A stretch of 64,000 nucleotides of DNA from contig OX638151.1 of the NCBI GenBank assembly GCA_951804945.1, positions 75,268,001 to 75,332,000 on the forward strand. Reading direction: 5' to 3'. A model generated the notes under the pieces. The model had not been told where the DNA came from and searched no databases. It saw nothing but the letters and a program-made list of their open reading frames with translations. Of this stretch, positions 51,901 to 64,000 are shown piece by piece. Position 1 is the first letter of the stretch. Every line of letters begins with the position of its first letter. Source of the stretch: Podarcis cretensis. Taxonomy: Eukaryota. The translations under genes and the position numbers were made by a program.

Positions 51901-52935
51901 AATGATTACAAATCAGTGTTTAGGGTTGTACTGGCATCCAAATAATTCCCCAGTAGGGTTTATTTAATCTAGAGTTGAGATAAATATGTGGCGTAAGGCA
52001 AGCTCTACCAAATTTGTTATATTTAAATACAGTGTTTGAAATATGTATACAGACTTATTTCTTTTAGCAGCAAACAAAATTTGCAAGTCTAAAAGAAAAC
52101 ACAGACATGTCTTTTTCTGAAGCAGCAGATTTATCAGTGATTGGATGTTTGAACCCTTGCAGGTGAGTTTTTAATAATATGAGTTTTAAAAACATGCAAG
52201 TTGTTGAATCACAATGCAGTAAATTGTCCTTCCACAAACCTTCCTTCTTCATTAAAATCTTATTTGCTTGGTAATCTCCTTTGATCGCTAAAGTTATAAG
52301 AATCCCCCTCTTTTGCTTTTGATACTATCAGTGTAGCTTTTGACCAGAGAGCGTGATGAATTAAATGTATGACAGATATGACAGGTGAGGAGTGCTTGGA
52401 GGGGGCTTAAACAGCAGGGATAAGACAAAGCCCCCATTTAAGAACAAAACCTCCACCCGATGACTAGCCCATTAATGACCAATCACAGAATCACTCTATT
52501 TGCCCTGTTGGACGAGGAGCAAGCCGATACTACAGACAAAGCTTTGTTAGCCACAGGGCAGTTGTTCAATCAGGCCACACAGCCAACTAATTGAAAAGTC
52601 CGTTCCCTATTCCTGCTCCCTTGGTATTTGATACACTGGACTTTTTATAGGTAAAACTGCTCTCTTCCTATAATGTTATATCAAGTCATTCACCACAAAT
52701 TTACAGCTGGACTAAGTGGTATTACAGTTTATAAACCTGAAAATCTATCTGCAGGGAATCCAGCTAAGCCTCAGAGAGAAACAAGTCCAGCATTACAAAT
52801 CCAAGGAATTTTGGAAGTCAATCCATTAGGATTATTGGGGGGCAGGCCTTTGATTTTGGAAGTCAAAACTACAAAAATAATAAAATATTACAATCTCTCT
52901 TTATTATAACCTCTTTTTGAAGGCTGATTGTTTCA

Positions 52936-52940
<5 letters not shown>

Positions 52941-52979
<39 letters not shown>
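52941..52979 (+). repeat. (AC)n microsatellite
   Basis: Direct reading. Confidence 0.95.
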
Positions 52980-52984
<5 letters not shown>

Positions 52985-53549
52985 GTCATTTGCAATAATA
53001 TTTAGAAGAGATTATTGGGCAGGAGGCCCAACAAAAATATTTGTTTTCCTGAGGTTTGTAATCACATGCTCTTTAAAGAACCAATTTTAATAACTATTAG
53101 TACTCAATATAAAAATCAGATCACAAATATTTAGCAAACGGGTGTATTATTCATCACTCTGGGATCATCTGAAAAATCTCACTGCTCCCTTTTAAGTATT
53201 CAATATGTATCAGAGATAAACAGCATCATAAATAAACTGAACATTCAATACCCCAAGAGGATTAAACCAGAAAATGTGCTACAGAAATTTGAAAAGGCCT
53301 AGAGCACATGGGGAAAGAAGCCTGTTGGTATTGCATTTATAGTATTTGTCTGTTAATAGGAAGAAGTTTTCAATTGTAATTCTTTTCAGAAGTGTTAAAT
53401 ACTACAATTATATTTTCAATAAAGCCAAATGTGAGAAGAAAAAATAGATATTCAAGTGGGCACTGTTGAAAATATAAAGTTTATCTTAATTTCAGGTTTA
53501 TAAATGAGGATAAGAACAATACCTGTTCATCATTAGTTTCAGCTAAAAA

Positions 53550-53584
<35 letters not shown>
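53550..53584 (+). repeat. (ATG)n microsatellite
   Basis: Direct reading; explains the poly-Met ORF. Confidence 0.95.
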
Positions 53585-54109
53585 AATCCATATTTACTTA
53601 TATATAATCCTGGCTTTGGTAAAGCCACACACTTTTCATTTTCACTATGAGAAAAAAGAGTGGATAGAAAAAATACTTTTTCACTCAGAAAAAGTGGTGA
53701 CAAGGAAATGCAAATCTGAGCATAGCAGTTATCTTTTTAGGTAACAATTCCTTCTCATAAAAATGGGACAATTATGCTGTTAAGTCAGTTATAAAGGCTG
53801 ATTAAAGCATTTCCAATTTGAAATGTGTAATGTGATATAATATAATGCTAGCAGACTGAAAGGTAGAAGGCATGATTTTAAAAAGTTCTACAGTATTTTT
53901 CATTGCAGATTTATTCATAGCTTATGAGCAGAACATGTAAATTTTCGTTGATACTGAAAGCCAAAGATATATAAACAAGGTACCCCCTATCTTTTAAAGA
54001 GGCTTGCTGTGTGCAGTTGTTTCCCCATACATTTCGTTTCAGCAGCAAACATAAAAGTTAACATTTAAAGAAACCATTCTAGGATAATACCCTTTCACAT
54101 ACAGCTAGG

Positions 54110-54256
54110 CAGTGCTTTTTTTCTGGGGGTACGCAGGGGTACGCATACCCCTAAACATTTTGTGAATCTAAGTTTGGCCTCATTGAGGGGCAGTGTTTCA
54201 ATAGGAGTAGGAAAATGAGAGTACCCCTAAACATTTTTTAATAGAAAAAAGCACTG
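54110..54256. mobile_element. hAT MITE with 8-bp TSD cagctagg
   Basis: TIRs cagtgctttttt / aaaaaagcactg; TSD at 54102-54109 and 54257-54264. Confidence 0.9.
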
Positions 54257-54809
54257 CAGCTAGGAATGATGCTCTCAGTATTACAGATGTAAAGGCAATT
54301 TCCTAATTCAAGCCACTTGTCTCTTGTGATCTCTGCATCTCTAGTTTAGATTTCTAGTCAGAAATGTGAAGTAGTGTCGTATCCAAAATGCAGGCTCAAA
54401 GTCCTCGCTGCTCCACCTCCAAAAGCTGTCAATAGGTCTGGACTATGTCTGTCCACAGCTTTGCATTCATAGAGACCATTTGACAGAAGGGCAAGGAAGA
54501 CATCCAGGAAAACTGCTTTCAGACCTTATCTGAGCAACAATAGTTAACTTTCACCACCTGGGCATGGCTTCCGGAGAGAAAACAATCACACGTATTGTCT
54601 CCTTCTGGACAATAACCACTAAACCAGCCTCCAGTTGATGCCAAATGTTTCTTTTTTTTAAAAAAAAAACAACAACAACCCTTATTTTTAGTCAGGACAG
54701 TATTTCTAGTCTTTCATCTCCCCACCCCTGCCCTCAGTAACACAAACCAGTCTGTAATTGGTATTATGCAATATTAGAAATATGGGCCTCATAGTTATTA
54801 ATTGAAATC

Positions 54810-55061
54810 CCATGAAAATGGACAGGATGAGGCGCAGCGCCTGCTCTGAAGTACCCATCAAGCTCTTTACCTCTGCCAGACTCGTGGCTATCTGGAAACC
54901 AGCTCTGGCACCACTGCCCTCGTCCCCCATCTCCTCTGCCCGCCCGCCCGCCCGCCCACCCACCTGACCGGACTTGCTCAAGGTGGCCCCATTAGACGCC
55001 TAGCATCAGTAGTGGCAGCAACACTGGCAGCGCAGTAGCCCCCGCACCCAAGCCATACCTC
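54810..55061 (-). pseudogene. LPCAT3: Retroposed 5' fragment of LPCAT3 (MBOAT5): GC-rich leader plus first ~40 codons
   Basis: MGDEGSGARAGFQIATSLAEVKSLMGTSEQALRLILSIFMG resembles the LPCAT3 N-terminus (human, recalled: ...GDEG...GFQ...LGASEQALRLIISIFLG). Flanked by a 14-bp direct repeat tatt(a/c)attgaaatc at 54796-54809 and 55062-55075. Confidence 0.85.
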
Positions 55062-56454
55062 TATTCATTGAAATCAAGTTATTGTACCTAAATTCAAGGT
55101 ACTGTGGAAAATTAAGGGACTTTTTTTTTAACCCACTTCACAGACCACGCAGAAGATATCATAGCTTATAATCTCTTTCTAGCAAGAACAATTCTATATT
55201 TGTTTCTAGCAAAAGGAGGGAGGGCAAGCAATTTTTGCAAATGCCCTCCTTTCTCCTGTAGCTGTCATGGATTGGCTGGATGTGGAGGGGGGTACCAGCT
55301 GGGCAACCCCCAAGGGGACCCCCCCAAGGTGTCTCAGAGCCAGGGGATTTGTGCTGAGGTGATAATGGGTGGTCAGAGGGAGAAGAGGGGACAGACTGGG
55401 AGGAGGAGGTGTCAGAAGCTGAAGAGGCAACAGGATTTAGTGAGCAGGAAAAGGCTGGGGCAGAGAGCAGTCCAGATTCAAACCATTTGTATTCTGCATA
55501 TATCTACGCTAGTATTTTAATGCATTCTGAGATTAACTGAATGGATGTATATATTATGGAAACGTGTGATCTGCTTCGTAGTAAGTATGTTTAGAGTGCT
55601 GGCGTGAAATATAGATATCTTTCTGTGTTTTGAAATTTTTGGTATATGAGGCAGAGCTTGCTCATTAAACACCAGTTTGTTCTTTCTCTCTCAAAGACAA
55701 TTATTTTCCTCCAATGATGACATTTTTCCTTTTTTGTAAACCATGTACAGAATAATTTTATCCATTTTATTCTATTACAACCTGCAGAAAACTAGATTTT
55801 AACTGAGCTTCCTTCATTGCTAATTGGTCTGAAGTGTACAATTATGTCCTCCTTTACCTGGTAAGAGCATATTGGATTTAACCAACCCAACTAATTTTAC
55901 AAAAATAACATGATATGTAAAATAGGTTTGTTCCCTAGAGCTTTCTGCTCCCTCCTATCAAAGATATTGAGTTCAATTTACAATGACCTCTGAATGACCT
56001 ATAGACAAAGTTTTAAAGGTCTTTGCCTCAGCTACCATCAGGAAGTGGCTCTCTGGAAATGCCTTTTGAAAAACACACACCACAAAGAGCAGTAACAGCT
56101 GAAGTGACCCAGGAGTCAATTCCTGATCCCTGTACAGGAGAATCCCCTTCACCCTTTTGGCGTTTCATCCATCTTCATTTGCTTTTACTTTTTGTCATTT
56201 CCTCTTGACTTGCAAAATGAAAGACAGAGGAATCTATGATTCTTCTTCTACCTCTTACTTTTACAGCAAATAGCTACTTCCCCCAGAGGTACACAGAGTG
56301 CATTCTGCTGTATTCTATTACTCTGAAAGTGTCCCTGTTTTGAAGATTCATGGGGCTGGAATAGGACTCATAGGTCATTTAGTCCAACCACCTATTCAGT
56401 GCAGGAAATTCATAGGTACATCATCCTCAACAGACAGCTGTCCATCCATGGGGT

Positions 56455-56570
56455 GATTTACAGGGTTGTGGGTTCAAGCCCCATATTGGACAAAAGATTC
56501 CTACCATTGCAGAGAGTTGGACTAGATAACACTTATGGTCCCTTCCAACTCTACAATTCTGTGATTCTAC
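56455..56570 (+). mobile_element. tRNA-derived SINE fragment with a CR1-type tail (Squam3-like)
   Basis: B-box-like ggttcaagcc followed by ggtcccttccaactctacaattctgtgattcta (CR1 3' end). Confidence 0.65.
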
Positions 56571-59500
56571 TTCCAACACAAATAGCAATTGTCAGGCAGG
56601 TTCAACTGTAATTAATGTATTGCGAAGTTCACATAAAGCAAGCAGGATCTGTATTTTTAAAAATAAAATAGATTTGCATGAAGGTAGCCGTTGCAATGCT
56701 AGTGAAATGTGAATGTTGGCAGCCAGGCTTAGGTTGTACTGTGCTGAGGACAAATTTGGGGGCTGGCCTTGATTCCTCAGGAGTGGTCTGGAGTTACTGA
56801 AGGGGCTCAATTGTCAAAATAATCATGCAACATTGTAGCTTTTGCAAGTCAAAGCAGTGAAGTGTAGGTGAACAGGTTTATAGTATGTGAGATTATTAAT
56901 AAGTACACATCAGCCATGTATAACATTTGGAGCACACCATATAACAACACTGAGTTCTCTTTTAAAAAAATTGTTTTAAATACACATATATGCATACACA
57001 CACATATACACAGAGACTCTGCAAAGTTAGGGAAGGTTGGGTCATTGATGAGTATCTTGAATTTTTTGTGTGTGTGTGAAATAGAGATCCTAAAAGCAAT
57101 CTCATTGGATCTGGAATACTTGGAGACCTGGACATAATGAAGTCTTTCAGCAACAGCGGTTCAGCGGTGTAACCACTTCAAGGAAATTTAAATGGGGGTG
57201 TTAGCTCTGTTTCATTTTCTGAGCCAGGTAGACTAACTCACAATACGAGTGGGAGGACTCCATGGTTTTTTTCCTCCTTCTCTGAGGATCAACAACAGAT
57301 TGGCCTGCATAGGAAGTCAGGATATTTAGGGGGCCTTTGTTAATACCACTGTTGCAGATGTTTAATTATGTTTTGGCCTAGCTCAGTCCATAACTTGTCT
57401 CATGTCTTCCTTCTGGGGTGGGTGCCTATAGCAATTGATGTCTTATTATACATCTTTGACTAAGTAGTGAAAATTATAGAGGGCTTCTCAAAAGCAAACC
57501 CTGCATAATTATAAAGTAAATAAACTGCATATTCTTAGTATCAAGATAATCTTTAAGCAATTTCTCACACTCCTAAATGCATTCCTCTTATGTAAAACAG
57601 ATGTATGTCTTTGGGGTAGGCTTTGTGTTTCATTCATGTACTGTGAAAGTTCCTTGTAATTAAAGGAGGAAATACAAATTTCCTTGTCTAGTTCTAAGGA
57701 TAAATTCTTGAGATGTGGATGCTTGTGGGAGCAGGGTGAGAGAACACATGGGAAACTGAGGAACGTCTGTCTCTCTCTCCCCCCCACCCCCTGCCCAAAA
57801 GGAAAAACGTTTGAAAATTTTTTACGAAGAAAACCCAAACTCTTAATATTTTTATTCTCTTTCCAAATGATGAGTGAAAACATTTTATTTCAACTGTTAT
57901 GATAACTCCAAGTGTATTTATTTTCTTGGCCTGATTCTCTATGGCTGATCAGACCAGACAAACATGGTCTACAGTATTCAGTTTTGACATATCCAGTGCG
58001 AATGTAAAAGGCGAAACATTTCAGACTTTTGCATGGTTACTCAGATTCAGTGTCTACTGAATAGGCAAGAAGAAACCAATTTCCACACCTGTCAAAAATA
58101 GATTAATATCCTTGCTAATTGCACTTTAGGAATGGTCAATTAGTTCTAGTTAAACAGCTTTTGAAGAAGGGAGGGAGAAAGTAGGCTGGTATTGCCACCA
58201 GCACACATTGTTATACTGAATAGACCTGTGCGAGAAGCGACGTGTGCCTCTGACATTTCATTGGAGCTCCTGCTGTACAACACAGCAATAATGCCATTCT
58301 TCTAGCTACGAGTCCATTTTAACGATGATTAGGGACAGGAATGGTTACAAATCTTATATAAAGGAAAAACACAGTGGCACAGTGTGAGTTTTAAACTACC
58401 CTTCAGATGTCACATCTCTGTCAAGAAAGACAGAAAGAAAAACGACAAGCTTTTCTAAAAGTAAAAGGAAAGTTTTTTTGCAGCAACATATAATATATAT
58501 TTATTATATATATGTAACATATAATATTTATGTATTTCCCACAGAGGGGGAAAGCCAGCAATTCTTCTGAATTTGAAAAACAGGATTATATGAAATCCTG
58601 ACCTTGACTACTGACAACTTAAGTATCCATACTACCTACGGAAAATCTAAAAAATAAAAGTCAGGGCCAAGGGTTATTCTCATGATAAGTTAGTAAACAT
58701 AGCAGGAAGGTTAGTTAATAAACACCAACTAAACCCTTCAATTACAGCAATAAATTGTTCAAATTGGTTAAATGTCCACAGTTTTTGCCCCAAACCCTAT
58801 GGTGAGCTGTTTAATCAGCAAACCATTGCATCACTCAACAAACAGATATTGGCGGTCTCTGGGAGACACAAAGCAGCCCCTTAAGAATTAGTCCTTGATT
58901 GGCCAGCACACTTAGTTTCCTCAAAACTTGAAACTGAAAAAAGCTTTTAACTAAAAATAAATGTGAATAACAAGTTCCTTCTAACAATATAACATTTTTC
59001 TGCAGAAGCCACATGTGTTTTATATTCTGACATAATGTTTTTCACGTGGGCTGCCTCATGTATATTCTGTTATGGAAAATCCTGCCTCTGGGATCAGTTC
59101 AGTAACAGAGCTATACTGACCTTGGACACCTATATGTAAAAAAACAGGCTATATATTTTGTAATAATAAAGAAGATAAAGAAAGAAGGGCAAATCTTTAT
59201 TATTCCTTCTATTACTTTCATTTTCAAATTACATGGCTTCAGAGAGGCTTATGCTAACACCAGCATGTTCAGCTGATGGCCTAGTCTGCACTTAACACTA
59301 AACCATGGTTAATGTTAACCACAGCTAAAGCTGACCATGAATCATAGCGAAAGCTAAGGTGTCTAGCGGATGATCACTTAAACCTTAGTTAATTGTGTCA
59401 CAGAATACAGTAGTTAAGAGCATCAGTGAAAGCAGCCAAGCCCAGAGGGAAGTTGGATTTGATTTTTTAAAATTTTTATTTTTTGCCACTTTTCATTTGC

Positions 59501-61388
59501 AGCTCTGTAGCTTTTAGGTTATGATGTCTCTTTAAACATAGCTATGGAGGTCCTGGTTCACTAGTAATACTAAGCTATGGTTAGTGTTAACTAAGATTTA
59601 TAAACCAACTGCAAATGTTGGTTAATGAATGACCTTTAATCATAGTAACCATAAGTAATCTGCTAGGCTGGGTTCACACATAAATCCAAGTCATAATGTT
59701 AAGCTATGGTTTAATGAACCATGGTTTAGCATTATGTGCTAACCAGGCCAATGTGTCTGTTGAAACTCTCTTTCTATTCCGTTTTAGGTACTGCAACGAA
59801 GCCCCTGTCCTGTCATGAATCTAACAACTTGGCAGCATGGCCCCTGGCCTTCTATTCTGCAGACTCTTTAAACATGCACTTCATAACCTTTGTACTCCAG
59901 ACAGTCTTTGGCATTAATACTCTAGCTATGAGAGTTTGAGATTTCATGTGTACTTTCCCCCCAGGCAAAGCATTGTAAATATTTGGAAGTACACTGAAAC
60001 TGATAAAATTGTCATAAAAGTGTTAGAAAAGTAACTTTTCACCCCAAATGATTTTCATGGATAGTCTAAACTTTGTTCTTTGCAATCAAAAGCAAATGAT
60101 GGAGACAAAAAAGTTAAAAAAAAATCCTACTGGGTATGCTTAAAAGAGATATTTGGATCCGGCCTTAAGTGATTTTGACATTTTTTATTATTGTTGTTAT
60201 TATCTACTCTTAAATTTGTTGATTACTGCAACACACTAATCATTTTAGATAGTAGGATCATTAATTATATTTTTATCTTTTATTTCAATTGCTTGATGCT
60301 GCTTACCATGCTTTGTAAGCCCATTTTGAATATGAAAGTATTATAGAAAGGTAGAGTGTAACTTAAATGAAGAAATAAGAATTAACAATCCTAACATTTA
60401 AAACAATAGAATAGTAGCATCATGTTGAACCCGCTTTACAAGCTGTTGACCACTAAATATTAAAAGCCTGTTTTCAAAGTATATCTACCCAATGAGTACA
60501 TGAAAACACATCTGAATATGGGAAGATGTCACTCCCCAAGGAGTACATACCGGTACCTAAATTTTGGGTGCTACCACTTTAAAGGTCTTATTTCTCACCC
60601 ATTTGTTAAATCTTTGGTGAGGACAGTACAGGGTTAGGGTTAAAAGTTGGGCTGGTATTTGGTGAGAAAGCAGTTCCCAAAGTATCTTGGTCCTAGATGT
60701 TAAGGCCTTTGGAGGTTAAACACCACGCTTCAAATTGGGCTCTGATACAGACAGACAACCAATTCAGTTACTACAAGTTGGGCACTTTATGTTCCAGTTG
60801 ATAGGCTTCTAGTCAACACTCTGGCAGCTGTTCCACAGCTCCCTGTCATCTACAGTGGTCTGGTTCACATATCACATGAAAGCAGAGTTTTAAACAAACT
60901 GGCTTGATGTGAAAATGCAGCATGCTGGTGCATGCTCTTGGAAAGTTCCCATGGTATTTCTTGCCTGCTTCTTCTTCTTCTTCTGCTGTGTTGTGTAGTT
61001 TGAACCTGGGCTCATGGTTTGTTTCTGCCAAAAGAACCCATGATAGCAACCAAGGTTTATTTTCCGGAAACAAAATACAAGCCTGCTTTCAAACAACACA
61101 ACAACACAAGCACTGGCTTTTCTTCATCCCCAGCATGGCAGCACCAGGAGGAAACCCCTGGGAACATCTGAGCTGCATGCTGCAACACACTGTTCATTCA
61201 CATCTTATATAGTCTCAGATTTATACCAGCAGTGAAAAAGTTATAAATGGTTCCAGACTAAACTACTGCTTCATAAAAACAGTGAAGGGAGGCCATGTTC
61301 TCTCAAACCGTTATTTTGCTCTGTCATCTTTCTTCCTAATCATACTACCTCTGTAAGCTCAGTAAGCAAGTAAGGCACCATGAAAATA

Positions 61389-61601
61389 CAGTCATACCTT
61401 GGGTTGTGAATGCTGTGGGTTGCGCGTTTTTGGGTTACGGACGTGCCGAACCCAGAAGTACTGGAATGGGTTACTTCTGGGTTTCGGCGCTCGCACATGC
61501 GCAGAAACACCAAAGTACATCACGCACATGCGTAGACGCGGCGCTGCGGGTTCAGAATGTGCCTCCTGCATGGATCATGTTCGCAACCCGAGGTTCCACT
61601 G
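61389..61601. mobile_element. Tc1/mariner-type MITE
   Basis: Imperfect TIRs cagtcataccttgggtt / aacccgaggttccactg, TA flanks, CpG-rich. Confidence 0.8.
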
Positions 61602-62530
61602 TATACCATATTTTATTAAACCACTCCTGCCTGCTTGGTTGGAATTATTTGAGTATGCGATTTGGTTAGTACTGGCTTCATTCAGTCAGCAGATTTCCCA
61701 CTAAATTACAATGTTTCAAATCATTATATTAACATTCCCCCCTCAAAACTTCTGATTTTCCCACAGGTCCACTATACATGTATCTAATCCACTTTGCTTG
61801 CCCCACATTTCCAGCAAACATTAGATTATCTTTTGATAGACAAAGAGGAGTCAAGTACCAGCAGTGCAACATCTTTTTAAAAAAACCACATACACACACA
61901 GCTCATTTTAAACTACGGTTTAACGTGAAGTGCAAACTGGGCCAATGACTGTCTGTACAAAGTATGTACTCGGCTAGCATTCTCTTCGTTTTCCTCCTTG
62001 AAGTGTGAAAGCAAAAGTATGTAAGCTATCCTAAGCAGCTTCTCACTGCACCAGCACCTGCTTGGGCAACAGTCAGTTAAACAAGCAAAACAACAGCTGG
62101 GTAAGTCAGGTCAGTTACCCTATGAACCTCAAGACATATACAATGGGCACCTCACCAGGCCACCCTTCCTTCTTCATTTGAAAATAGCAAGTCTTAGTAA
62201 TATGATGCCTCCTGCATGCGTTTGAAGAGGCAGCAAAAGACTTTCTGATACACTGCTGCTGTTTTCTCTCTTTCTCAAAAGATGACAGATATACACACAG
62301 CATCTCAGCCTGCATTGAGCACAGGGGAGAACACTGCTCATCTAACTCCACACTGGCAATGTTTGCTTTAGAAGCACAGGTTCAAGCAGCTAGCATTAAT
62401 CGTTAACTAAGCTTCATGGTGGTTAAATTTCTCTTGCCATACATACTCGTTAACATGTTTTCCAACTCCTGCGCAGTTTTACTGCAGCCTGTCATCAGGG
62501 TTACCCATTCTCTATTCAGGAGCACAATGA

Positions 62531-62531
<1 letters not shown>

Positions 62532-62570
<39 letters not shown>
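62532..62570 (+). repeat. (AAT)n microsatellite
   Basis: Direct reading. Confidence 0.95.
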
Positions 62571-62848
62571 TTATTTCTACCTGCCCAGGATATAATGCAT
62601 CAAGTAAGGCACTCTGGCAGGGTTTACAAGTGAAAACTGCACTAAGCATGAATATCAACCCCCATGTCCAGTGTTCCGCCTAAACTATGCCAGACTAATT
62701 TGTGTTGTCATAGAAAAACACCAACAACTTAGCCTAATTTTTGGCCTCAGGTGTTCTAACTTGTATTCTAGCTGTTCTAATTTATTTCATGAGTGGGTTA
62801 GGGCTCAATGACTGGGTTTGGAATTAGGGGTTACTATGTATGAACATA

Positions 62849-63205
62849 GGGACGCAGGTGGCACTGTGGTCTAAACCACTGAGCCTCTTGGGCTTGCCGA
62901 TCAGAAGGTCGGTGGTTTGAATCCCTGTGATGGGGTGAGCTCCTGTTGCTCGGTCCCAGCTCCTGCCAACCTAGCAGTTCGACGGCATGCCAAAAAGTGC
63001 AAGTAGATAAATAGGTACCGCTTTGGCGGGAAGGTAAACGGTGTTTCCGTGCACTGCTCTAGTTTCGGTGTTCCATTGCACCAGAAGCAGCTTAGTCATG
63101 CTGGCCACATGACCCGGAAAAACTGTCTGCAGACAAACGCTGGCTCCCTCAGACTGTAAAGCGAGATGAATGCCGCAACCCCGAAGTCATCTGCGACTGG
63201 ACTTA
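62849..63205 (+). mobile_element. Sauria SINE, tail missing
   Basis: gggacgcaggtggcactgtgg head and caagtagataaataggtacc core; same family as 30517-30878. Confidence 0.9.
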
Positions 63206-64000
63206 CATTGTTAATTTTTTGTTTCTTTTGAAAATAAGGTGAAATATAATTTTTAAAAAGAATGGTGATAGCTAATTTACTAACAGTATAGTAAAGTCAA
63301 ACAGCAGACAATGGTTGTCACCATTATGTGAGCCTTGCAGAAACCATTAGCTCACCAATGGTCAAAAAACAGAACACTAGATGAGATGGCCCTTGGCCTG
63401 CTTCAGCAAGGCAATTTTTAACTACTGTTTATTTAAATTCATCCAAAGCCTGGGTGATTCTTTCCTCAGCTAAAAGTTCTGGAAGAGTTCAAAAATCCAG
63501 AGGTACCTAGGTGAGATGTGAGATTCCACTCCTGTGCTCTCAGCTCAGGAAAATGAAGGTCCTGGGGCAGAAGGACATTATACTGAAGTGGGGAGGAACT
63601 CTTTAATGGGCACCACAGATCAAGTGATTAAGTGACGTTATATTGAACCGAAAATATAACTAGACTGCCATTGCTTACAATACTTATGATGTGTTAGCTG
63701 AACCTTTGGCATTTGGGGGGGGGGGAAACCAACAGATTATTTCAGCAGCAGCTGAACACTAGTCTATAGGGGCAGAACAAGACATCATATCACACATTTC
63801 TATAACTGCACGTTATGGACAGATGAGGAGTAATCTGATGCTGGAGTTATGTTTTTGGAAGCTGCCCCTATGTTTGTCATTGTTATTGGGCCTTGCTGTA
63901 AAAGCAGAATGATCACAACTGGTGTAACTACACAGAAATTTTATACCAAAGCCAAGACTTGATTCCCTGAATATTACTCCAGTTCCTAAATGCAGTGGGT

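Noticed and set aside
53550-53744. Poly-methionine ORF
   Set aside because: Product of an (ATG)n microsatellite.
60630-60642. Telomere-like agggttagggtt
   Set aside because: Only two units; expected by chance.
1-64000. Prokaryotic-type systems (CRISPR arrays, operons) and rRNA/tRNA genes
   Set aside because: The sequence is a vertebrate intron-containing locus; there are no regularly spaced repeat-spacer arrays, and the tRNA-like boxes belong to SINE heads.

Overview
This is vertebrate genomic DNA, almost certainly from a squamate and most likely a lacertid lizard, judging from the Sauria SINEs, Penelope remnants and squamate L2/RTE/hAT/mariner repeats. The window holds one complete gene, PRDM1 (Blimp-1), on the minus strand. 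It has a leader exon 1 (~34575-34323), six coding exons (CDS 32708 to 13245; 2304 nt; 767 aa; PR/SET domain, Pro/Ser-rich region, five C2H2 zinc fingers) and a ~2.5 kb 3' UTR ending near 10706. The rest is intronic or intergenic DNA rich in transposon remnants, with one assembly gap (83-248). Highlights: (1) a two-uORF cassette in the spliced PRDM1 leader (4-codon uORF, 2-nt spacer, 30-codon junction-spanning uORF) that appears, from my recollection of the human mRNA, to be conserved in position and length in mammals; (2) a TSD-flanked, tailless retrocopy of only the 5' end of LPCAT3 that stops at what I recall as the exon 1 boundary; (3) an old 140-bp duplication flanking a BACH/MAF plus STAT motif cluster in intron 3. 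All cross-species comparisons are from memory and need alignment to confirm.
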